From positions 37,396-101,395 of IMG/VR virus record IMGVR_UViG_2061766007_000924: DNA of 64,000 nucleotides; one strand, written 5' to 3'. The translations under genes and the position numbers were made by a program. The notes beneath the pieces were generated by a model. That model had not been told where the DNA came from and did not search any database. It saw only the letters and a list, made by a program, of their open reading frames with translations. The stretch comes from a virus. Taxonomy: Duplodnaviria; Caudoviricetes. Of the stretch, positions 10,171-22,919 are shown piece by piece; the stretch's first letter is position 1, and the number at the start of each line of letters is the position of its first letter.

Positions 10171-10583
10171 AGGTAGTGGTTATGAGCAGGAGAGAGGCTG
10201 TAAGCTACAGTTTCTCTCCGCATGACGAAAAAAGCGTTGTTGTGTCAATTGGAAGCATTGAAGGAAAGTATGATACAGCGGTTTATGCAAGCCCGTACAA
10301 TGGAATCTGCGCAGTTCTGCCGCTGAGGTTTGATGATGAAGAGGGCGGAGAAAACTGCATGGTAGTTGAAGAGGCGGTACAGATCAAGACGTTTGTAGAG
10401 AGGCACAAAGACAAATTGATCATTGTTCACTGTGACGCTGGAGTTTCAAGATCCGCAGGAATTGCAGCGGCTTTGCTGAAACACTACAACGGAGACGATT
10501 CGGCAATATTTGACAATCCAAGGTATGTGCCGAACATGCTGTGCTACAGAACGATGCTGAATGTGCTGGAGGGCAATACATGA
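10167..10583 (+). CDS. Protein-tyrosine / dual-specificity phosphatase-like protein
   Basis: CX5R P-loop 'IIVHCDAGVSRSAG'. Confidence 0.8.
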   Translation: MKVVVMSRREAVSYSFSPHDEKSVVVSIGSIEGKYDTAVYASPYNGICAVLPLRFDDEEGGENCMVVEEAVQIKTFVERHKDKLIIVHCDAGVSRSAGIAAALLKHYNGDDSAIFDNPRYVPNMLCYRTMLNVLEGNT

Positions 10584-10832
10584 ATCGAAAGAGCTGGTAC
10601 AAAGACATGGAGAAGTTTCGGGTGACTCGTGAAAGGCAAAAGGCAAGATACTATGGGAAGACAACGGATGCAGAGAATCGCCGACAGCCGTGGACAGTTC
10701 ATGAGCTTGAAGCAATCATGAAGAGAGAAAAAAGTGACACTGAGTTGTCTGCGGAGCTTGGCAGAAGTGTAAAGGCAATACAGGTTAGAAGAAGCACAGA
10801 GAAGAGGAGACTAAGAGAGGAGAAAAGAGATA

Positions 10833-11141
10833 ATGGCTAAGTACGAGATTTATCAGGTGAAGCTTGACGGCGAAACCTTCATGAAATTTGCGTTCATGGA
10901 CTATGAGCAGACGATCAGGATGCACGGCGAAGGCTCGACCAAGAAAGAGAATTACGATATGGTTTATGAATTGGAAAGTGAAATGGAGCTGAGTCTTGAT
11001 GATCTGTTCTACATTTTCAACATGCAGCACCCGGCAGATTTCAAGGGACACAGCTTGAGTGTGAGTGATGTGGTAAAGACTCCAGACGGCTATTTCTTCT
11101 GCGATAGCTTTGGATGGGTCAAGCTGGACTGGGAGGGCTAA
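10833..11141 (+). CDS. YodL-like domain protein
   Basis: 'LDDLFYIFNMQHPADFKGHSLSVSDVV...FFCDSFGW'. Confidence 0.8.
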   Translation: MAKYEIYQVKLDGETFMKFAFMDYEQTIRMHGEGSTKKENYDMVYELESEMELSLDDLFYIFNMQHPADFKGHSLSVSDVVKTPDGYFFCDSFGWVKLDWEG

Positions 11142-11586
11142 AGATGAATTATGAACAGGCTGTAGTGTTCTTGAGAAATCAGGGGAGGAATCTGCGGAAG
11201 ATCAACAACGTGAGGTTTGTTCACAAAGGGTACGAGTACAGGCTTAAATATGAGGGCGGATTTGCAGCATTTGTTGCAATTGAACGGAGAGAGATAGGCA
11301 AGAGGAATTTCAAGTATTATAACGGGTTTGGAGCTTATAACTGCTGGAACGCTGGAGAGGCTTTGAAAACGGCTATGGATGTTATTGAGGGGAGAGCAGC
11401 ATGATACTTTCAATTCGGGCAGACAAGTGCAAAGGTTACTACTATGTTCAGGAGAAGACGGAAAACTGTTGCAGACTTGTGCGCAAGCAGTTTTTGGATG
11501 AAGAGGATCTGGAGTTCATTCGCAACGCAAAGACAAGAAACGAAACGCCATATATGATCAGATGGGCTTGAATTACCCGGCCTTTC

Positions 11587-11653
11587 GCACAAAATCATAC
11601 ACGCGAATCCGTGCAGACCGTCAATATCTTTTCGATTGCAGCAGCGTTATAAT
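11587..11653 (+). promoter_or_regulatory. Repeated phage promoter P2
   Basis: GCACAA-N16-CCGTGCA-N4-GTCAA-TATCTT-N17-TATAAT. Confidence 0.75.
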
Positions 11654-11734
11654 TATTATGCTGATAGGGCAACTGTCAGCCGCACCTTGACAACCGAATA
11701 TCGGCGGTGCTAAAATGCTCGTGAGGTGGATTGT

Positions 11735-12028
11735 ATGTTAGATGAGAAAGACTTACAGGCAATAGCGAATCTGATTGACTCAAGACTTGAAGTTAAGCTT
11801 GCTGAAAACAACAAGGCTTTGAGGAAAGAGATTCATGAGGATTTTATGACAGTCATTGAATCTGAGGTGATGCCGAAGATTCAGTTGATTGCCGAGGCGC
11901 AGGGAATCATGGCGGAAAAGATGATTTCTACTGACAGGATTGAGAGAATTGAGACTGATGTCTTCGCTTTGAAAGCTGCTTACAAGAGACTGAGCGAGAA
12001 AGTAACGGCTTTAGAGAACGCACGGTAA
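11735..12028 (+). CDS. Coiled-coil hypothetical protein in a moron-like cassette
   Basis: Has its own TTGACA...TAAAAT promoter (11687-11716), RBS GAGGTG and downstream terminator. Confidence 0.65.
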   Translation: MLDEKDLQAIANLIDSRLEVKLAENNKALRKEIHEDFMTVIESEVMPKIQLIAEAQGIMAEKMISTDRIERIETDVFALKAAYKRLSEKVTALENAR

Positions 12029-12042
12029 TAAGGAACTGATTG

Positions 12043-12076
12043 ACGCACCGCTGATATTCGGCGGTGCGTTATTTTT
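12043..12076 (+). terminator. Rho-independent terminator
   Basis: ACGCACCGCTG-ATATT-CGGCGGTGCGT followed by TATTTTT. Confidence 0.75.
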
Positions 12077-12270
12077 GTTTGGAGGTGTATTCGATGGAAG
12101 AGAAAAGAGTAGCAGAGCTCAAGGCGGAGATTGAGAAGATTGAATACGCGATGTTTATTGAGCAGATGGCTGATTTCATGGATTGGGGAGTTTACTACAA
12201 GCTCAGAGCAAAGAAACTCGCGTGTGAGGAAGAGTTGGCAAAGCTTGCTGCGTGATATGGAGGGCTGATT

Positions 12271-12714
12271 ATGAGAAGACTGGACAAGTATCCTGACACA
12301 AAGACGTTTCATTTCTTCAATGCGAATCCGAAGGGCAGATACACAACGGATTGCGTGATCAGAGCGATTAGCACGGCAGATGGCATTCCTTATGGTGAGG
12401 TCGTAATGGAAATGGCTGAGATGCAGTGCAAGACGGGATACGACATGTCGGAAAGCAAGCTGATTGACATGTATTTGAGCAGCAAGGGCTATGTGAAATA
12501 CAAGCAGCCGAGAAAGATGGACGGTCGGAAATACACTGGAGCTGAGTTCTGCGATGTGCTCAGACACAGAGAGTTCGTGGACGGGATAATGCTCAAAGAC
12601 AAGATCATAGCGAACATTGGAGGACATCATATCGTTGCTATCATGGGCGGCAAGGTGTGGGACACTTGGGACAGCACTGGCGGATGCATTGGGAACTACT
12701 GGGTAAAGGGGTGA
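12271..12714 (+). CDS. Phage hypothetical protein, possibly papain-like Cys/His fold
   Basis: 'NANPKG...DCVIRAIS...HHIVAI...DTWDS'. Confidence 0.5.
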   Translation: MRRLDKYPDTKTFHFFNANPKGRYTTDCVIRAISTADGIPYGEVVMEMAEMQCKTGYDMSESKLIDMYLSSKGYVKYKQPRKMDGRKYTGAEFCDVLRHREFVDGIMLKDKIIANIGGHHIVAIMGGKVWDTWDSTGGCIGNYWVKG

Positions 12715-12963
12715 AAAGAATGAAACAAGTATTCACGATAGAAGAGCAGGAGTTTATTAGGGGTTACGCAAGCAAGCTGCTTGCTGGGGTAGAGACAACA
12801 AGGGAAGAGGACGCGAGGCTGTATGAGCTTCGGGATAAGTTCATTGAAGAATATGAGAAAGAGCGTGAGATACATGGGAGTTGAGCATGGATATTGATGA
12901 AAGTATAGTTTAATGAAATCGCGCATTTCATATAAGTATAGTTACAATTTTACCCTCCCTTTT

Positions 12964-13030
12964 CAACAAAAACATGATCGTAAATCCGTGCATAACGTCA
13001 ATGGATTACCTTATCTCACAGCGTTACAAT
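12964..13030 (+). promoter_or_regulatory. Repeated phage promoter P3
   Basis: CAACAA-N16-CCGTGCA-N4-GTCAA-TGGATT-N17-TACAAT. Confidence 0.75.
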
Positions 13031-15678
13031 AATGATGCTGGAGGGACATCCTCTGGCGGATTGGAGGGCATCTCATGAAAGTTTATTATGTGGTTTACAG
13101 CTTTGGTAGCTACTATCGTGAGCGCACTCATGTCTATGCTGATAGCAAGCGTGAAGTTCGGAAGATCATGAAGAATCAGTTCGGCAGCAATGTCGTGATT
13201 CATGAGATTGAGATGGAGGGTTGATCATGAAATACATCGTTGAGGTCAGGTATCGGTATCAGTATGACTCCAGCACGGCATTGCCGGGAATCTTGAATTT
13301 CTTCACGGAAGAGGAGCTTCAAGAAGAGGTTGTGTGCAGCGATTGGGATTACGTTTGGGCTGAGTCAGCTGAGGAGGCAATTCGTGTCTTTACGAGGAAG
13401 ATCAAGATTCAGGTAGAGGATGTAAAGCTTTGCGAGAAGTATTCTTTCAGGTTCACGGAGATCAAGGTGAGCGAGGATCTTTCAAAGAAGCGGATTTGGT
13501 GAGGAGGGTATACGATGACTTTTGAGAAGCTGAATGAGATTTGTGGCGAGACTGTAAAGTATCTGAGTGAAAACGGTGTTGGATTTGTTGAAGTCTGGCC
13601 TTATCATGAAGATCTTCCGGTGATCGAGGTTTGCATTGATGGGGGAGACTGGAAGCACGACCATCTCAGGGCCAAAATGCTGATGCAGCAGCTTGGAGCT
13701 GTTCATATCGGCAGCGAAGTTCTGGAGGAGAATGGATCTGATACTTACTCTGCAATTCACAGGTTCATCGTGAGTGAGGACATTTTCAAGGAGGGTGCAA
13801 ATGAAAATTTGTGAGGTAACCGGGGATTTCAGCAGAGTCAAGGTCATCCTGTACAACAGCAAGGGAGACAAGGCTGTTTTTCACTGGAAGAACATTCGGC
13901 CCATGATAGACAACATCTGGGTAGGAGAGGGAGAGCCTGACAAATACGGGACTGTGTATTACAAGGTGTATGCAAAGTGGCCTGATGTAGATGTGGCGCT
14001 TTACTTCAACGAAACGAGCGGATGGAGAACTGAGGATGAACTGATTGAGTGGTTTGATCGAGAGTATTTGCTGACGAAAGAATCATTCATTGACGGCATG
14101 AAAAGACGGATTGAGGGGACGAGCTGGATCAAGCTGACCGAGGTGGAAATGATCAAGCTTGTTGCTCCTGAGCTTCTGGATGCTGCAATGGATGTGAGAG
14201 ACAGAATCACGGCTATTCGCGAGAAAAAGCATGCGGAGATGGCAAAACAGCGGCAGGAAGAGGACGAGAAGTTCGTCAAGGAATCGAATGAGATTTCTGA
14301 GAGTATTTTGGTCAAGGCGATTGAAAGAATCAAGGTTGGCGGCGTGGTCAAAAATGATGAAATCACTTTCTGGAAGGATCGCTATGATCACAAGAAAGTC
14401 TCTGTCATTACTGAGCTCATGGATCGGTACAAGATCAACGTGCCGATTAGGACAAGAGGCTGGATTATGAACAGGCTCAATAGCGTGACTATCAAGGATG
14501 GGAATGTAGTTGGCTGCCACTGGCAGAAATCAGGTCGTGCGGTTGTTTCGGATAAGTTCTGGGATTACATGGATCAACTTGTAAAGGCGGTGACTACTGA
14601 TGCTGAATCAGCTTGAGGAGTTTGATTTGATAAAGCTACGCGAGGCACGAAAGTTAATTGCTGAGGTATACAATTATTACTATGGCTTTAATCCTGCAAG
14701 GCGAGAAGTAGCAAGGCTTGAAACGATACTCAGCAAATTAGATTATCTGATTGGTGGTGAGAACGGTTGAAAATGTATAAAATTGACGGCTTTCGCAGAA
14801 TTGCGAAGATAAAAGCGCGGAAGCGGTACGACAACGGGGAGACAATTTATCTGTGTCCTATCAAGCTGCGCCCCGGCTATCCGTGGCACCCAGAGGTTGC
14901 GATTACTAAGGCCGGGGACAGGTCAGATGATTTGGTGCAGTATTTTGTATCAAGCACAAGTGAGTTCGATGACGTGGTAAATTCCTTCGCATACTACAAC
15001 TGCAACTATGGCGTTGGGATTTACCCTGCATTCTACGTTAAAGAAGGAAGCTGACTATGACAGACGCAGAATACATATTTCGGCAAACGAGCAAAGAGCG
15101 AAAAAGAAACGGTCGCGGGGATTATTGCAAGAAACGGAAGGGCGGCAAGGTTGTTCACTTTCCGTCAGATCATTTGAGCAGAAAGGAGAAAAAAGCATTG
15201 AACGGTGAGGTAAAGACGTACAGTTTCAGAGATCCTTTGACGTGGCAGCAGTTTAGGGAGATGCCGAGGGATATCAAGCAGCAGTATCTTGACACGCTTA
15301 CAGACAAGTTCCATGGAGTTCTTTTGACTATGATTGCTGAATCAATGGGAGTTAAGATCACGACACTGACTCCATACATGATCAGGCAAGAGCTCAAGTT
15401 TAACAGCAAAAAAGATTTGGGCGCACCGAGATCAGCAAGAAAGAAATTCCTTGAGTCCGAGGATGGTAAGGCGTGGGTGAAGTGGCATGAGGACAGCAAG
15501 AGGCAACAGAAGCTTGATGAAAAGACTGAAATTGAGCCTATTGAGGCAGAGGATTTTGAAGATCAGGACGAGCCGGAGTCAAGCGATGTCGAGAAGCTTG
15601 CTAATCTGATAGCAAGTCTCAAGGGCACTGGCGCTAAAGTCACAATAGAAATTACTCTGTAAAATGTTGCTCAAACGG

Positions 15679-15757
15679 TTGACATGCTGCGTAGCTATGC
15701 GGTATAATGAATTTGCTGGAAAGCATTTTTTAATCGTCAGCATTTGCTAAATAGCGA
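15679..15757 (+). promoter_or_regulatory. SigmaA-type promoter followed by an operator
   Basis: TTGACA-N18-TATAAT (15679-15708), then TTGCTAAATAGCGA at 15744-15757. Confidence 0.7.
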
Positions 15758-17708
15758 GTGGAGGATGCTATGAGGAAAATAGACCCGCATTATGTGATTC
15801 TTGGTGCATGGGATAAGCCTGACAAGGCGATAATAGGGTTTAGAAGGAAAGACAGCAAAGGGGCTGGAGTAGCAATCTGTAGGATAGAGAATGACGGGAG
15901 ATATGACTTTCACAGCTCGGATGTTCGACAAGAGGACATTAAAAGCGTCTGCGATGTTTTGTGGTTTTGCAAGGAAAAATCCCTTGATTCTATGATTGAT
16001 TGCTTGATCAAGCTAAAAGAAGATATGAAAAGGAGCGAAAATGAAAGAGTTTCTGATACTTCACAAGGATCTGGACGGGACTGAGATTTTAATTAGGACA
16101 AGTGCAGTTCACGACCTGAGTAAATTCAATGGGAAAACTTCTGTTGGACTCGGTGGAGATGTGGAGAATTATTATCTTGTGAAAGAAACTTATGACGAAG
16201 TGAAGGAGATGCTGCTTAATGGATGAGATCAAGAGTCCGATTAAGGCAATCAGAGCGTTTTGCTTGGACTGCTGCGGAGGGAATGCAAATGATGTGAGAA
16301 CGTGCACCTCAAAGATTTGCCCACTCAAGCCGTTCAGGTTCGGTAAGAATCCTTATTTGCACAGGGAGATGACAGAAGAGCAGAAGGAAGCAAGTGCGAA
16401 GAGGCTTGCTGAGGCAATGAAAAAGAAAGCGAGTGTGCAAATAGCAGATGATGACGCTGATTAGAGTGTTAGCTATCATAGCTGGTGGAGCGAGTTTTTC
16501 TGCACTCTTTGCTCTAATGATTGCAGGTATTGAATGGAGCGCTACAAAGTTCTGTACTTTAGGGAAGATAAGTTTTGACCATTTCAAAGGCTTGTATCGA
16601 ACGAATCCTAAAAGATGGGTGCTTTATGGTGGACAAGTAGCTTACAAAGAAGAGAGTTCTTCGTGGGGAGAATATCGTTTCTATTTCGGATTCTGGGATT
16701 TTCTGAGATATCGGAACTGGAAAGAAAAGATTGACGAGCAAAGGAAGAAAGAAGAGAACAATAAAGCTCTTAGAGCTCGCGTAGAGAGTTGGAACAGGGA
16801 TCTTGAAGAGTACAGTTTGAAGATCAAGAGCAAAAAGATGTGCGAAAAATGTAGGCTGGATGGTATCTGTGATCGTGCGTGTCCCGATGTTCTTGATGGA
16901 GGTAACAAATGAACAATTACAGCGATTATGACGAGCTTGCAAAAGAACTGCGTAACTGCGTTGATTCCTTGTGCGGTGAGTGCAAATACCAGCATCTCCA
17001 GAAGCCCGGTAATTTCGTCCCGTGCATGAATGCTATGATAACGGAAGCCGCCGATGCTATCGAGCAGTTGAGCGAGTACGCCGATACTATTGGGCGGCTG
17101 AAATGTGAAGGATGGTATCTACAGCAAACCAAGTTTCATGACGGTTGCCAAGCTATCGCAACAATGCCGCTCCCAGAGCCGCCGAAGGAGGAAACATAAT
17201 GTTTGGACATGATCCAATAACAGAGGCATATCTATTAAGAGACGATCCATACTGGCGTCAAAAGTGGGAAGAACTGAGAGCTAAATACAAGCAAAGTGTG
17301 CGCGATAGCAAGCCGTCGAAGGAGGAAAGCTGATGAAATACAAGGTCAGGTATTACGGCTTTGTCATTGTCGAGGCAGATGACGCGCAGGATGCACTTGA
17401 CAAGGCACAGAACGATGAAGAAGAGTACAAAGAATATGAGTGGGAATACCCGGAGCGGCTGTTCGGGGAGGAAAGCTGATGGCTAAACTTCCAGAGTTCT
17501 TTCATTTTCAGGTGCTTGGTGGCTTAACAAAAATAGGGATACAGGATGTTTCCGACCACGATTTTGTAGAGGTTGTGCGGTGCAAGGACTGCGAACATAG
17601 TGAACCGTGGTATTCGGATAAGTCACGATGTTTCCTTTGGGCGGAAAGCGGGATTGATGTATTCAATGACGGTTTCTGCTCATACGGGAGAAAGAAGGCT
17701 GAAACTTA

Positions 17709-17900
17709 ATGAAACTTAAACCTTGCAGACGCTGTGGCTCAAAGCATATTGAGATGCACGGCACAGAATCGGGTGACTCGCCGTGGATATTCTGCCGAGA
17801 CTGTGGGCTTTTGTTTGATTGCCGTGATGCAACGGGACGAGTTATACCATCTGTTGATAGGTTGGTCACGAATTGGAACAGGAGAGTAGACAATGTATGA
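17709..17900 (+). CDS. Lar-family restriction-alleviation-like zinc-ribbon protein
   Basis: 'LKPCRRCGS...IFCRDCG...NWNRR'. Confidence 0.6.
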   Translation: MKLKPCRRCGSKHIEMHGTESGDSPWIFCRDCGLLFDCRDATGRVIPSVDRLVTNWNRRVDNV

Positions 17901-18732
17901 CGAACGGATAAAGCGGCTGAGAGAAGTCGCAAATGAACAATGCTTTATCGGATGCTTTGGCATTTGCGATCATTGCAAAATTAGCGAAGAGTTAAACTGC
18001 GCCGCCGATGCAACTGAGGAACTGCAAGACGCTCTGCTCTTGATGGTTTTGCAATACTGCACCACGGATGACGGATTGCTGTATAACTCGTTTATGTCGG
18101 CAGGAGAAAATGCATTCGCTGTGTTGGGCCTTAAAAATGGACAGCAAGCAGACCCGTTATGGGATAGGGTGCTTCAAAAGCCGCAAAAGGAGGAATAGCA
18201 TGGGAGTTTATATCAACATGGAGATGCCCGTATTTGAGCATCAGAGTTGGGATATCCGGGAAGGTGCGGATGGAAAGTGGTATATGGTGGACACCAACGC
18301 AGAAACATCGGATGGTGAGTGGCATGAAATAGTCCCCGTCCCGCCGCATTATGACTTGATAGACCACAATGCGCTGAAAATTGCTGTGATGAACTGTGAT
18401 TGTGAGACGAGGATAGATTTCCTAAAGCATACTATGGACTGTATCAACAAAGCACCTGTTGTTATTCCGTCTGATATGCCGACTTATGAAGAGGAGGAAT
18501 AAACGTGGATAACAACAAAAGTGAAGAGTTTCGGTATGTATCCAAAGAAGAGTTTATCGAATTTCTGAGGTCATATCCTTATCCGCTTGCAAGAGACTTC
18601 TACATGGATTGGTGGTCTTGGAACGACTTTCGAGATGGAAGAAAGTGGCCTGAAAGCATGGTCGCTATGACTGATGACTATGGAGAAGAAAGCGTGTACA
18701 AGATCAGAGATTGCTACATAAAATGATGAGGT

Positions 18733-19218
18733 ATGTGTATGGAGAGAACAGACAAGGAAAACTATTATCTTGACATAGCTGATGCTGTGCTGGAGAGGTC
18801 AACGTGTCTAAGACGCAAGTATGGGGCTATCATAGTCAGGAATGATGAGATCATATCAACAGGGTACAACGGAGCACCGAGAGGTAGAAAGAACTGCTCT
18901 GATTTGGGAAGTTGCACGAGAGAAAGACTTGGCATTCCTTCTGGAGAGCGTTACGAGCTGTGCAGGTCTGTTCATGCAGAGGCCAATGCGATTATCTCAG
19001 CTTCGCGCAGGGAGATGATAGGGGCAACGCTTTATCTGGTAGGACGTGACGCTAAGACGAACGAGCTTTTGACAGATGCTATGAGCTGTTCTATGTGCAA
19101 GAGGCAGATAATCAATGCAGGTATATTCAGGGTGATTATTCGCACGAGTCCGAAAGAGTACAAGATTGTCTATGTGAACGATTGGGTAGATAACGATGAG
19201 TCAATCAAAGAAATGTAA
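18733..19218 (+). CDS. dCMP deaminase family protein
   Basis: 'RSTCLRRKYGAIIV...STGYNGAPRG...VHAEANAI...SCSMCKR'. Confidence 0.9.
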   Translation: MCMERTDKENYYLDIADAVLERSTCLRRKYGAIIVRNDEIISTGYNGAPRGRKNCSDLGSCTRERLGIPSGERYELCRSVHAEANAIISASRREMIGATLYLVGRDAKTNELLTDAMSCSMCKRQIINAGIFRVIIRTSPKEYKIVYVNDWVDNDESIKEM

Positions 19219-22200
19219 GGATTGTGAACATTTCAAAATCGAATATGAGCCGTATAGAAGTGGCGGTATGCTGTTAGACTTTGGTCTGGCAAGGTGCTTG
19301 AAGCATGACCTTGTAACCGACTTTATCACTCACAAGAAGTTTGAAAAATTGGAATGTGTGGAGGGAAATAATTATGCCGACAACTGAGGAAATTCGCGCA
19401 GAGTGGAAGAATATCAGATCATCTCTTGGAAATCTGCTTTGCTGTATTGATGGAAAGCTGGAGAGTCTGAAAACACTTGAAGAGGCTTATCAGAAGGGAG
19501 TGAGAGACGGGTGCCATGATGCCTACGAAAAGGGGCTTGAGGATGCTTGGGAGATGGCGAGACAGATTCCCGGATTAACGACTAAAGAGGCTTGTGATAT
19601 TTGGGGACTGGAAAAGTGGTTTGATGTATATGACATGACAGCAAATCAGGCACTGGAAAAGTGGAAAGAGTATAATGACAAGCAGGTGGTGACTAACGGC
19701 AGGAAATTCGTTGAGACGTTCGGATTCATTCCCGGATATGAGATCCTTGATGATGGTCGGTCGTATTATCCGAGTCTGGAGAAATTCTTTGAAAGCGAGT
19801 ACAAGCCGCCAGAGGGTAATGACGAATGAAATTGCTTGAGATTACAAGAGATGAAGACAGAGACATTATCTCAAGAATGAGACTGTGGAAAATGCCAGAT
19901 GTCACTGAACATCAAGCAAACATGATGCTTCATGCAATAGGCGCTGATAACAAAGGGTATAGGAGCTATCTTGGGGGCAAGTATTATCACGCATACAGGA
20001 ATTATTTTGACGCAGGTGGTACGGATGCTGAGGAATGGGATGACTTGGTAAAAAAGGGCTATGCAGAAAAGCGGAGAATGTACCATGTTACTGACTTGGG
20101 GCTGGACTTGCTCGAAACGCTTACAGGAAAAAGCACAATTTACGGGAACTATCACAATTACGCAGACTGTAGAGGAGCTGTGCTGACAAGGTTTCTCAGC
20201 GCTGATGTATATTGCGGCTACGGCTGCTGGTATCCAACGTCAGCAAAAACAGTCTCAGAAGTGCTGCATATTCCGTTGAAGCTTGTGCGCGATGCATGCA
20301 GGAGACTTGTCGAAGAGGGGTTTCTTATTAAGGGGCACGAGGGCGGAATGGATGAAGATGGATGCATTCACTGCTATCACGGCTATTTCATAACGAAAAA
20401 AGCAAGAGGGCTTGACGAGTGGAAAGCGCTATATGATGAGGAAATGGAGTATATAAACAGGATGGGGAGAGAAGATGAGGCCAAACACGATTCATTATAA
20501 TGACTGTGGGAACTGCAAGCATTGGCACGAGTGGCCTAAAGGAAAGCAGAGGTGGAGTTTACATCTTGGAACTTGCGACAAAATAGCAAAAGGGACTGTA
20601 TTTGATGGGTCAACTTACGATGGGCACAGCTTTGAGGATGAGTGCTATGATGAGGCTTTTAACTGTTTTGAGCCGCTGGAGGATGGCGAATGATCAAACT
20701 TACGAAGGAAGAGAAAGCTGCAAGGTATGATGCACTGCAAGCTGCGATAAAGCATACGATTGAATGCTACAAGAGACACATAGCGTATAACTACAAGAGA
20801 TATGAGGAGCTTACAAGTGAGGGCGTGTTGGGGGCGTATAATTATGGAGTTGCAGATGGTTTCAAATCTGCCTTGGAGGATCTGGAGAGGTGGGCTGATT
20901 CGTGACTGGGCGTGAGTTGATTGTGTGGATTTTAGAGAACGAGGCAGAAGACATGCAGTTTGAGGTGCAGTATCGTGACTATGGTGGGGATTATGAAGGA
21001 ACGGACAAGAAATTATATCTGCAAGAGGACATTGGAACAACAGACAGTGGATGGCAGTACGAGAGAATATTGCTGTAATGGAGGATGACGAATGATCGGA
21101 ATTGAGGCTACAACCTGCTATTGCTATCAGTGCGGGAAAGCGTTCAGGCCAGCGGTGAAGGATAAGTGGGAATTTCAGAGGAGCGTTCGCAAGTCGGAAA
21201 GAGTGAAGAATGAGACAAAGCGGTATTTTTGCAGCTGGAGATGCATGAGAGACTATGACAACAGGTTTTCGCCGCGCAGGGCTCTAAATTTTGACTAAGA
21301 TTTGCTATATAGCAGATAGGAGGAACAAATGGAAATAGTTGCGGCTGTTGGAATTGTTGCACTCGTTGTAATTATATTTGGGCTTACAGGAGGACGGCAA
21401 TGATTGTTATTGAAGACAACGACTTTCCGGTAGATGCAGCAGCGAAGATCATAAAAGGCACAAGGCCAGCGGAGCTTAACGAGCTGCAAAAGAGAATGAG
21501 AGGATACCTGCTTCCAGAAAGCTTGAAGGACGATCAAACAATGGACATGTTTACAATCGAGGAAATCAGGGAAATAGCAGAGCATTTGATGGTTTACTAC
21601 AATGCTCACAGCATGGATGGTGACTGACATGGACGATCAAATAGAAAGAATAGCTGCTTTTCTCAGGCAATATGTAGAGTATGATGGCGGATTATTGCTG
21701 CCAGCAGACAGAGAAGCTATCAAGGATGCAGTTTCACTGATGATTGAAAACAAAATTATGAGCGTTGATGAAATGCGGCGTGAAGCGCTCAGAGAATACA
21801 ATGTAATTATACCGTGGGATCTGTTTCCAAAGGAGAGTCAATAATGTCAAAGAACCAATATGCAAAGGCTTTACAGCAAGCGAGAAAGACAGTGAGCAAT
21901 GACTACGCAGAAATCAGAGGACAGATTGATTGCGATGGGGCTATGCTTGCCGCAAATGAAGTGTTCCAGATGGGGCCGGGAAGAGCAAGACAGTTCTATG
22001 AGGCGATGGTACGGTACGTGAACGAGATTTCGGAGCTGTTTGTTGAAGATTCAAAGGGAGATGTAACATTGGAGTATGCGAAACATACTCTTGACAAACG
22101 CATAATTGAAATCGTTGGAGAGGAAAATTTTGCTCCTTGGGATGTCAGGTATGGAAGACAGGTTTTCAAGAAAAGAGGTTAATGACTTGATGCTGGAGCT

Positions 22201-22307
22201 TGCTTTGGCAAAGGCGGAAATATCAAGTCTGAGAGAACAAAGAGACAAATACAGAGAGTGGAGCAATTTTTGGAGATCAATAGCAGAAACAATGTGGAGG
22301 TTTTGCA

Positions 22308-22724
22308 ATGAAACTCAAGATAAAGCTTGATGAAAATGCCATAGCGCCCGTGCGGGAGCATGAGGATGATGCAGGGCTCGACCTTCGTAGCACGGAGACA
22401 AAATGGGTGCATCCCGGCACTCATGAATTCTTCGACACTGGAGTGCATGTAGCCATTGAAAAGGGCTACTATGGGCAGATTGCAAGCAAAAGTGGGTTGA
22501 TGCTCAAGGGAATTACAACGCGAGGTGTAATAGACTCAGCTTACAGGGGGAGCATAGGGGTTGTTCTATACAATCACAGCGGCGAAGGATATCTTATTCA
22601 CAAGGGAGATAAGATTGCTCAGTTGCTCATTGTCCCGATTGAGCTTCCTGAGATTGAGTATGTCAATGAGCTTGACGAAACAGACAGAGGCAACGGGGGT
22701 TTTGGGAGCACAGGTCGGCAATGA
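22308..22724 (+). CDS. dut: Trimeric dUTPase
   Basis: 'DAGLDL', 'SKSGL', 'GVIDSAYRG', 'KIAQL', 'RGNGGFGSTG'. Confidence 0.95.
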   Translation: MKLKIKLDENAIAPVREHEDDAGLDLRSTETKWVHPGTHEFFDTGVHVAIEKGYYGQIASKSGLMLKGITTRGVIDSAYRGSIGVVLYNHSGEGYLIHKGDKIAQLLIVPIELPEIEYVNELDETDRGNGGFGSTGRQ

Positions 22725-22919
22725 CAAATTCAGAACTGAAAGATGCACTGATGGATGGAAGACCAGTCAGGTGCAACGGGATAGAATACAAGTGCGTAGA
22801 CGCTATTATATATAATAATGTAGGCGGCAGGATAGCTGTTGCTGCTGAACTGCTGGATAAGAACAGCAATTGCATTGTCAGAGTTCAGGCTGACAAGGTT
22901 CAAAACTTGGAGGAACAGA

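Noticed and set aside
12901-12943. AAGTATAGTT direct repeats around the palindrome ATGAAAT-CGCGC-ATTTCAT
   Set aside because: Single AT-rich occurrence just upstream of P3. It could be a binding site, but there is no second copy to support it.
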